From assembly GCA_051294375.1 (NCBI GenBank), contig CM119271.1, positions 5,055,340-5,072,321 on the forward strand: a stretch of 16,982 nucleotides of DNA, read 5' to 3'. This document shows positions 8,281-16,982 of this stretch, piece by piece. Below the pieces are notes generated by a model. That model saw only the letters and a list, made by a program, of their open reading frames with translations. It was not told where the DNA came from and made no database searches. How positions within the stretch are numbered: the first letter of the stretch is position 1; every line of letters starts with the position of its first letter. The position numbers were made by a program, and so were the translations under genes. The DNA is from Paraspadella gotoi. Its lineage: Eukaryota > Animalia > Chaetognatha.

Positions 8281-8764
8281 TCAACTTTCATACACTAGTT
8301 TAAAGACGCGCTTTATGCCGCAGTTTGATCTTGCAATGCTGCAACTATTGCCCCAATGCTTGCGTTCAAAGCCAACGCGACAGTCGGACCGTCAAATGCC
8401 GAATTTTCCGCATTCGCCGAAAAATCGAATGCCGCAACCTTCGGAGTTGATCGAGGAGCTGGTGGAAGATTTTCTTTTGGAGTATAGAAAGGAGATGAAG
8501 GAGGAAGAGAGGGAGTCTGAGACGAAGGGGGACGAGAGAGAGGGAGACGAAATGACCAAGAGGAAGAAGAAGAAGGAAGAAGGGAAGGAGATGAGCGAGG
8601 AAGATGGAGAGAAAGAAGATGAAAAGACTGAGAGAGAAGAGGCGGAGGAGAAGAAAGACAAGGAAGCGGAACAGAGAGAGAAGGAGATAAAGGATACAAT
8701 AACGTTAAGCCCTTTGACTCTGGTTATGTGGGGAATAAAGCGAGAAGAAAGTATAGCTATATAA
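8281..8764 (+). CDS. Probable terminal exon of the methyltransferase
   Basis: Possible acceptor TCTTTTAG| at 8280. The frame encodes PSELIEELVEDFLLEYRKEM, an E/K-rich insert, then DTITLSPLTLVMWGIK before the stop at 8762-8764, resembling the final helix and terminal beta-strand of JHAMT-like enzymes. The 5' boundary is uncertain. Confidence 0.55.
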
Positions 8765-9164
8765 CTATATATATATATTGTAGGAATATAACTATAAGTT
8801 AAAGAAAAACGAAAATAAAACTGTTTTATTTCTCGCAAAAATATAGACGTTAAAATTTTATTGAGCACCGAATGATAATCGTTTTATTATAAATTTTCCA
8901 ATTATCAACCAAATATGAATTTCAAGTAAAATTTCAGTTTTTGTTTGTTCGTTTTTTTAAAAAAATTTTCAAAAATGTTTTAAGCTTCTATTTTTCTCCC
9001 GCGATTTTTCATTCAAAAGAGAAAACAAGGACAACTTTTCTTTTGTGACTCTTTTCCTTTTCACTTTTTCCTTTAATCAAAAAAAACACTTTTTTTCTGG
9101 CAATTTTCTTTCTTTTAAACAAAGAGAAGTCAAAAGGGAAACTCAGAGGGAGGGAGAGTGAAGA

Positions 9165-9196
<32 letters not shown>

Positions 9197-9308
9197 CAGA
9201 AAAACAGACCGTCGGACAGTAAGACAGACAAGGAATTGGGTAAGGAAAACGGTGCTCGAGAGGAAAAAAAAAAGAAAAAGAAANNNNNNNNNNNNNNNNN
9301 NNNNNNNN

Positions 9309-10186
9309 TTGTATATTAAATAAAAAGTTTAGGAATAATCAAGGGTTATAATTTTTTTTTATTTCAATAACTGATCAGTTTCTTTAAATAAGTATAAAAT
9401 AATTTAACATAAAAAAATTAAAATAAAATTATAATTATCTAGCTTTGTAATTTTGAAAAGCTTCATTTTTCTGATTTTTTAAGATTCAGTTAAGTTCACT
9501 AATAAATTTAAATAAATTCATATTTACTTTTAAGATTCGCAGTCGGGTCCCACGACCTCGCATCTGAAACTACCGTCTGCTCGTCTCTCCGAATTTAGAC
9601 TCATTCTCACTACTTTTCAAGTGAATCTGAAATCAAGAATCTTCCCTGCTTTCTTATCAGAGAGGAAGAGAGAGAGAGAGAGAGAGAGAAGAGAGAGAAG
9701 AGAGAGAGAGAGAGAGACGAGAGAGTGAGATAAGTCAGTCAAACTATATATATTTAAATTCATGGGAAGTTTTCCTTTTTTATCGTATCAGAGAGAATTA
9801 TTTTAATTTGCAACATAAAATCGTTTTACGTAAAATCTTACCTGTTTTGGGTTCCAAATCGACGAACTCGAGTTATAATAATAAACTTATCAAAATTTAA
9901 TTCCTAATGAAAAAAAAATGTAAAATATTTTCTCAAATTACGGTAAAAATGAATAAGCTGTTCCGTTACAATTACTAATTAATAATAAACAGGTTTATAA
10001 TTAACAATACTTAAAAACGAAAAAAGGACAGGGGCGAAAAACGCGTCGTTTTTCAAAGGCGGGAAAAACTGAGTAATGAGATTAAATCGAACTAAGAAGA
10101 TTACGTATTGATTTATGGCATTTAATTTATGTTCACAGTCTGGTTCATCTCAATTCCTTTCTTTAAGCTCGCTCATTCGGGATCTC

Positions 10187-10217
<31 letters not shown>

Positions 10218-10265
10218 TCTCTCTCTCTCTCTCTCTCTCTCTCCTCTCTCTCTTCTCTCTCTCCC
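9309..10265 (+). repeat. Segment A (957 bp), repeated directly at 11804-12760 and inverted at 12761-13797
   Basis: Both direct copies begin TTGTATATTAAATAAAAAG immediately after a 25-N gap, end at CTCTCCC, and appear identical. Confidence 0.95.
10058..10066 (+). promoter_or_regulatory. E2F-type site GGCGGGAAA within a small GC island
   Basis: Matches TTTCCCGCC on the minus strand, next to the imperfect palindrome GAAAAACG-CGT-CGTTTTTC. Motif match only. Confidence 0.3.
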
Positions 10266-10513
10266 TCCTTTCATTCTCTTTTCTTTCTTTCGTTACTTCT
10301 ATCATCTTTTCCAATCTTATGTTTCTTTCTAACTCTACACACACATTACACAGCCTTACACACACAAGTTCTTTTCTCCCTCTGTTTATAGCAATTACGA
10401 TAAAGATAACAAACACTCTTCGAACTAAGGACCTCGGCTCGTCCCATGTCAGTCGAGATAGTAGATAGCGAGCTCTCTCTCTCTCTAGCTCTCTGTATAT
10501 TTCTCTATCTGTG

Positions 10514-10548
<35 letters not shown>

Positions 10549-10787
10549 CTATCAATTTTCTCCTCGTGAATTTTGCTTCTTTTTTTTCTTTCCTTCTTGT
10601 CCTTTTTTCCTTCTTGTCCTTTTTTCCTTCTTGTCCTTTTTCCTTCTTGTCCTTTATTCCGTGCCCAGAAAATTATTTCTTTCCTCTCCATTCGTAGCTC
10701 CTTTACTTTCTTTTGTTCCAGATGAATATCAGCAACGAGGAATTTTGACTGGAATTTGCATAAACCAATTCGAAGCGAAAGACAAAT

Positions 10788-10834
<47 letters not shown>

Positions 10835-10839
10835 GAGAG

Positions 10840-10929
<90 letters not shown>

Positions 10930-11073
10930 CAGAGAGAGAAGAGACGAGAGAGAAAGAGAGAAGGGAGAGAGAAAAAGTGAAATTGCAGGAGGTCGTTCAC
11001 TCTTTGGTTTTAAACCATTTTAAATTTTAAAAAACATGTTTTCCCTTTTTCTTTTACGGCAAACCCGAGAAGC

Positions 11074-11145
<72 letters not shown>

Positions 11146-11460
11146 AGGAGAGGAATTCGAAAGCCTGAAGCACAAATCAACAAGTAATGGTTTTGACAAC
11201 CAAACCCAGATTTCTACTTTTCATTTGTCTTTCGGCTTCGAATTGGTTTATGCAAATTCCAGTCAAAATTCCTCGTTGCTGATATTCATCCTGGAACAAA
11301 GAAAGTAAAGGAGCTACGAATGGAGAGGAAAGAATAATTTTCTGGGCACGGAATAAAGGACAAGAAGGAAAAAGGACAAGAAGGAAAAAAGGACAAGAAG
11401 GAAAAAAGGACAAGAAGGAAAGAAAAAAAAAGAAGCAAAATTCACGAGGAGAAAATTGAA

Positions 11461-11527
<67 letters not shown>

Positions 11528-11778
11528 CACAGATAGAGAAATATACAGAGAGCTAGAGAGAGAGAGAGCTCGCTATCTACTATCTCGACTGACATGGGAC
11601 GAGCCGAGGTCCTTAGTTCCGAAGAGTGTTTGTTATCTTTTATCGTAATTGCTATAAACAGAGGGAGAAAAGAACTTGTGTGTGTAAGGCTGTGTAATGT
11701 GTGTGTAGAGTTAGAAAGAAAACATAAGATTGGAAAAGATGATAGAAGTAACGAAAGAAAGAAAAGAGAATGAAAGGA
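10266..11778. repeat. Inverted repeat B (10266-~10787) / B' (~11223-11778) around a ~430-bp non-palindromic spacer
   Basis: For example, GGACCTCGGCTCGTCCCATGTCAGTCGAGATAG at about 10430 has its reverse complement at about 11578-11612. B' carries scattered 1-bp indels. Confidence 0.93.
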
Positions 11779-11803
11779 NNNNNNNNNNNNNNNNNNNNNN
11801 NNN

Positions 11804-12681
11804 TTGTATATTAAATAAAAAGTTTAGGAATAATCAAGGGTTATAATTTTTTTTTATTTCAATAACTGATCAGTTTCTTTAAATAAGTATAAAATAATTT
11901 AACATAAAAAAATTAAAATAAAATTATAATTATCTAGCTTTGTAATTTTGAAAAGCTTCATTTTTCTGATTTTTTAAGATTCAGTTAAGTTCACTAATAA
12001 ATTTAAATAAATTCATATTTACTTTTAAGATTCGCAGTCGGGTCCCACGACCTCGCATCTGAAACTACCGTCTGCTCGTCTCTCCGAATTTAGACTCATT
12101 CTCACTACTTTTCAAGTGAATCTGAAATCAAGAATCTTCCCTGCTTTCTTATCAGAGAGGAAGAGAGAGAGAGAGAGAGAGAGAAGAGAGAGAAGAGAGA
12201 GAGAGAGAGAGACGAGAGAGTGAGATAAGTCAGTCAAACTATATATATTTAAATTCATGGGAAGTTTTCCTTTTTTATCGTATCAGAGAGAATTATTTTA
12301 ATTTGCAACATAAAATCGTTTTACGTAAAATCTTACCTGTTTTGGGTTCCAAATCGACGAACTCGAGTTATAATAATAAACTTATCAAAATTTAATTCCT
12401 AATGAAAAAAAAATGTAAAATATTTTCTCAAATTACGGTAAAAATGAATAAGCTGTTCCGTTACAATTACTAATTAATAATAAACAGGTTTATAATTAAC
12501 AATACTTAAAAACGAAAAAAGGACAGGGGCGAAAAACGCGTCGTTTTTCAAAGGCGGGAAAAACTGAGTAATGAGATTAAATCGAACTAAGAAGATTACG
12601 TATTGATTTATGGCATTTAATTTATGTTCACAGTCTGGTTCATCTCAATTCCTTTCTTTAAGCTCGCTCATTCGGGATCTC

Positions 12682-12712
<31 letters not shown>

Positions 12713-12760
12713 TCTCTCTCTCTCTCTCTCTCTCTCTCCTCTCTCTCTTCTCTCTCTCCC
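11804..12760 (+). repeat. Exact direct copy of segment A
   Basis: Same length and ends as 9309-10265. Confidence 0.95.
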
Positions 12761-13218
12761 ATCCCGAATGAGCGAGCTTAAAGAAAGGAATTGAGATGAA
12801 CCAGACTGTGAAACATAAATTAAATGCCATAAATCAATACGTAATCTTTCTTAGTTCGATTTAATCTCATTACTCAGTTTTTCCCGCCTTTGAAAAACGA
12901 CGCGTTTTTCGCCCCCTGTCCTTTTTCTGTTTTTAAGTATTGTTAATTATAAACCTTGTTTATTATTAATTAGTAATTGTACGGAACAGCTTATTCATTT
13001 TTACCGTAATTTGAGAAAATATTTACATTTTTTTTTCATTAGGAATTAAATTTTGATAAAGTTTATTATTATAACTCGAGTTCGTCGATTTGGAGACCCA
13101 AAACAGGTAAGATTTTACGTAAAACGATTTTACGTTGCAAAATAAAATAATTCTCTCTGATACGATAAGAAAGGAAAACTTCCCATGAATTAAATATATA
13201 TAGTTTGACTGACTTATC

Positions 13219-13253
<35 letters not shown>

Positions 13254-13797
13254 NNNNNNNNNNNNNNNNNNNNNNNNNNNNNNNNNNNNNNNNNNNNNNN
13301 NNNNNNNNNNNNNNNNNNNNNNNNNNNNNNNNNNNNNNNNNNNNNNNNNNNNNNNNNNNNNNNNNNNNNNNNNNNNNNNNNNNNNNNNNNNNNNNNNNNN
13401 NNNNTCTCTCTCTCTCTCTCTCTCTCTTCCTCTCTGATAAGAAAAGCAGGAAGATTCTTGATTTCAAGATTCACTTGAAAAGTAGTTGAGAATGAGTCTC
13501 AATCGGAGAGACGAGCAGACGGTAGTTTCAGATGCGAGGTCGGTGGGACCCGACTGACGAATCTTTAAAAGTAAATATGAATTTATTTAAATTTATTAAG
13601 TGAACTTAACTGAATCTTAAAAAATCAGAAAAAATGAAGCTTTTCAAAAATTACAAAGCTAGATAATTATAATTTTTATTTTAATTTTTTTATGTTAAAT
13701 TATTTTATTACTTATTTTAAAGAGAACTGATCAGTTATTGAAATAAAAAAAAAATTATAACCCTTGATTATTCCTAAACTTTTTATTTAATATACAA
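12761..13797 (-). repeat. Inverted copy A', with indels and an internal gap at 13254-13404
   Basis: Starts ATCCCGAATGAGCGAGC (reverse complement of GCTCGCTCATTCGGGAT) and ends TTTAATATACAA. Confidence 0.93.
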
Positions 13798-14489
13798 TAT
13801 AATATATATTAAAATATAATTATACATAAAATATATTTTACAGCAAAGGACATTGAAGCTTTCCGGGCTGACCCCTCAAATGGAAGAAATCGAAAAAAAA
13901 TGGGATGAAGAGGAAACAGTAAAGACTAAGAAGCCTTAGAAAGAAGGGGAGAGAGGAAGAAGGAGAATGAGGAAGAAGGAGAACATGAAAATAAAAGAGA
14001 AAGAAGAAGAATTTGAAAGAAAAAGAGGGAAAAACAAAAAGATAATTAAAAAAAANNNNNNNNNNNNNNNNNNNNNNNNNNNNNNNNNNNNNNNNNNNNN
14101 NNNNNNNNNNNNNNNNNNNNNNNNNNNNNNNNNNNNNNNNNNNNNNNNNNNNNNNNNNNNNNNNNNNNNNNNNNNNNNNNNNNNNNNNNNNNNNNNNNNN
14201 NNNNNNNNNNNNNNNNNNNNNNNNNNNNNNNNNNNNNNNNNNNNNNNNNNNNNNNNNNNNNNNNNNNNNNNNNNNNNNNNNNNNNNNNNNNNNNNNNNNN
14301 NNNNNNNNNNNNNAAAGATAGAAAGAAAGAAAAAGATAGAAAGAAAGGAATGAAAGAAAAAAAAGATAGAAAGAAAGAAAAAGATAGAAAGAAAGAAAAG
14401 GATAGAAAGAAGGAAAGGTTGAAGTCGTCGGGTTCATCTTTTTCTCGGATCAACGATGTTGATGAAAACGAGTTTTTTCAAAAAAAGAG

Positions 14490-15082
14490 AATCGCAAATG
14501 GAAATGGCGTCGAGCGACGTTTATCCGACTCGAGAAAAGGGAGAGAAAATGGAAATGGTGAAACTCCAAGAAACGCTCGAAAAGGCAGGGAAAAGGACAG
14601 GAAATTGGAAATGCGAACTTCGAGCGAGCCGAAAATGGACCAGAAGAGACAGAAAAAAATGGAAATTTCAATCTCCAGGCGCGCTCGAAATGCAATCAAA
14701 AGTGACCAGAATAATCGAAATCCGGGGAATCTCGAAGAGCTCATAACTAGCGGAAAGAAAATGAGACAGAAAATGAAATATGACTGAATCCAATGAGCTC
14801 GCAAACAGGCCGACAGAAAAGACAGAAAATGGAAATGGCGAATCTCCAAGGAGCTCGAAATGGAGATAAAAGGGACAGAAAATGGAAATTGCGAATCTCC
14901 AAGGAGCTCGAAATAGAGATAAAAGGGACAGAAAATGGAAATGGCGATTCTCAAAGAAGCTCAAAATGGAAATAAAAGGGACAGAAAATGGAAATTGGGA
15001 ATCTCGAAGGAGCTCAAAATGGAAAGAAAAGGGACAGAAAATGGAAATGGCGAATCTCGAAGGAGCTCGAAATGGAACAAAA
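14490..15082. repeat. 53-bp minisatellite: 5 clean units (14821-15082) preceded by about 6 degenerate units
   Basis: GACAGAAAATGGAAAT recurs at 14821, 14874, 14927, 14980 and 15033. Unit is approximately GGGACAGAAAATGGAAATGGCGAATCTCCAAGGAGCTCGAAATGGAGATAAAA. Confidence 0.9.
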
Positions 15083-15504
15083 AGAGAGTCTTGCTCTCAG
15101 GTCAAAGATGAAGCTGAGATCATTAACGTAACTTATTAGAATTTAAGAAACTAGTGTAAATGTAAATATATATTAAACAAGAGCTTAATTGATATTTCTT
15201 CAGTGTTAACAATTTACAAACTTTAAAAGTTTTAAGATTCTTTAACTTCAAGCCAACATTCGTAGTCTATCACAAAAAACAAATAGGATTAATAATCTCT
15301 TGTTATTACAAAGAAAAAACCAACGGCACTTCATCGGCGTCTTATCACAAAAAAAGCCTCATTTCACTGGCATCTTATCACAAAAAAAAAGCGAGGCGCT
15401 CTATTCCCGACGCGGCGCCACGTCAAATCTCCGCGCCATCGAACCCTTTCAACTCGGCGCCATCTCGTTGGCGTCGCGGTTGTCGTTTTCGTCGGAGATG
15501 TTAC

Positions 15505-15568
15505 CGTCGTCGTCGTCGTCGTCGGCATCGTCGTCGTCGTCGTCGTCTTCATCGTCGTCGTCGTCGTC
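15505..15568. repeat. (GTC/TCG)n trinucleotide repeat in a GC-rich island
   Basis: Interrupted CGT run; possibly coding, but strand and frame are unresolved. Confidence 0.8.
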
Positions 15569-15686
15569 CACACCGCATTTTCTCTCTTCTCTCTTTTTTG
15601 CCCCATTTTCTTCTTTCCAGTGAAAAAGACAATTTGTTTTACATAATCCTTTTCTCTTTTAAATGCTAATGAAATGTTTTTTTTTC

Positions 15687-15688
<2 letters not shown>

Positions 15689-15732
<44 letters not shown>
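15689..15732. repeat. (CT)n microsatellite
   Basis: Pure CT run. Confidence 0.95.
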
Positions 15733-15735
<3 letters not shown>

Positions 15736-16554
15736 GATTCACTTTTCATTCTTTCCTCCTTAAATACGTTTTAAATATTTTTTTTGGGGGTCTTTTCTCT
15801 CACATTTTCTCATTTTCTCACATAATCTTTTTTTTTCCTACAGGATTGAAATCCTCTCTCCAAAATTTTAAATGCGTAGTTTGTAGTTGTAAAATGACAT
15901 ATTTTTAGAACAATACATTAGTCGTACTAATAGTAATTGTGAAGTTTCTTTTATCTTCACGCCCGTAAATTCTAACGTTTGAAGCGTCGCCCGTTCAAAT
16001 ATTTCAACGTGAGATTAACGAAGTAAAACGAATAATTATGAGTTTATAGACTTTATTTGTACATTATTAAACGCGAAAAACACTTTTTGAAACTCGTAGA
16101 AATTGAGTTTTCCCGTGGCGAGCGTTGTTTCTACTTTGCTTCTATAAACGCAACTGATTTGAGCCGTGAGTTTCACAGAGAAGTCAAAGTAACAAAGATT
16201 CTGGCCGGGATAATAACCAAATTAAAGGGAAGGGCGAGGCGTATCTTTGTACAGTAACACTGATACGTCAGCTCCTCCCTCTCTTAGATTTTTACGAAGG
16301 CACTCAGAAGCATAGGCATAGGCAAACATTAAAAAATAAATTCAAAACACGCTTTTGACATTTTTTAAGTGAAGAAATTATNNNNNNNNNNAAAATCAAA
16401 TTGAGGAACTTAAAAAAAACTTGTATTTTTTTTGGTGTGGTTTCCGCCGGACGTCAACGCCCGTTATGACGACGACGACGACGACGACGGCGAAGACGAC
16501 GACGGAATCAATTTTGGACGAAGATGAGCGCCCCCCCCCTCGTCAAAAAAAAAG

Positions 16555-16585
<31 letters not shown>

Positions 16586-16613
16586 AAAAAAGAAAGAAAG
16601 AAAGAAAGAAAAA

Positions 16614-16661
<48 letters not shown>

Positions 16662-16662
16662 A
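16555..16662. repeat. (GAAA)n microsatellite
   Basis: Tetranucleotide run with occasional A substitutions. Confidence 0.95.
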
Positions 16663-16803
16663 AAAATAAAAGAAAAACTGGCTTGGTCCGGAATCCAAGA
16701 AGAGTTCCGGATTGGAATTCATTAGCCGAAGTAGGCGACCTCCCCTTAATTGGGTTGCCCCTCGCAAAATTACGGGACGAGCATATTTTTCCGCTGACTT
16801 CGT

Positions 16804-16852
16804 CTTTCTTTTCTTTTCTTTTCTTTTCTTTTCTTTTCTTTTCTTTTCTTTT
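16804..16852. repeat. (CTTTT)n microsatellite
   Basis: Pentanucleotide run. Confidence 0.92.
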
Positions 16853-16982
16853 TTTTCTGTTCTTTTCTTTCCTTCTTTCTTAATTTTTTCTTTCTTTTTT
16901 ATGTTTCTTTTTATGCTACTTTACTAAATACTATAATACTATTATTTATACTATTATAGTGAAATATTTTCTCGTATCCAAT

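Noticed and set aside
10115-11595. Multiple LSLS/ERER ORFs
   Set aside because: Translations of (CT)n/(GA)n microsatellites inside the inverted repeat.
11804-13797. Perfect spacerless 1-kb palindrome A-A'
   Set aside because: This A copy is base-identical to 9309-10265 with the same contig-like ends and follows a 25-N gap; most likely a misoriented duplicated contig.
14350-15139. ORFs 14350-14787, 14478-14954 and neighbours
   Set aside because: Derived from the 53-bp minisatellite, whose unit is not a multiple of 3, and from GAAA-type repeats.
15390-16800. GC-rich islands with (GAC/GTC)n as exons of a further gene
   Set aside because: Several frames on both strands are open and low-complexity; no consistent splice sites or domain could be assigned.

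Overview
Gapped, microsatellite-rich eukaryotic draft-assembly sequence, probably an invertebrate. It has eight N-gaps, and long stretches look like uncorrected long-read fill. Most ORFs in the supplied track are repeat artefacts. (1) A spliced + strand gene at about 1240-8764 encodes a class I SAM-dependent methyltransferase resembling juvenile hormone acid O-methyltransferase (JHAMT)/trans-aconitate methyltransferase. Its motifs lie in separate exons; the core exon 3-4-5 junctions join in phase. (2) An intron of this gene holds a compact, highly structured element of about 240-320 bp, bracketed by a 13-bp direct repeat. It has a tRNA-like Pol III A/B-box head followed immediately by a candidate circularly permuted (type-P5) twister self-cleaving ribozyme at 2094-2176, with covarying pseudoknots and an almost absent P1 stem. 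This is the most interesting signal. (3) A noisy second copy of the 5' half of the gene (3758-5392) lacks this element. (4) A large inverted-repeat complex A-B-spacer-B'-gap-A-A' spans 9309-13797 and is partly an assembly artefact, possibly a real foldback. Several minisatellites are also present. All calls are by eye; no searches or folding were run.
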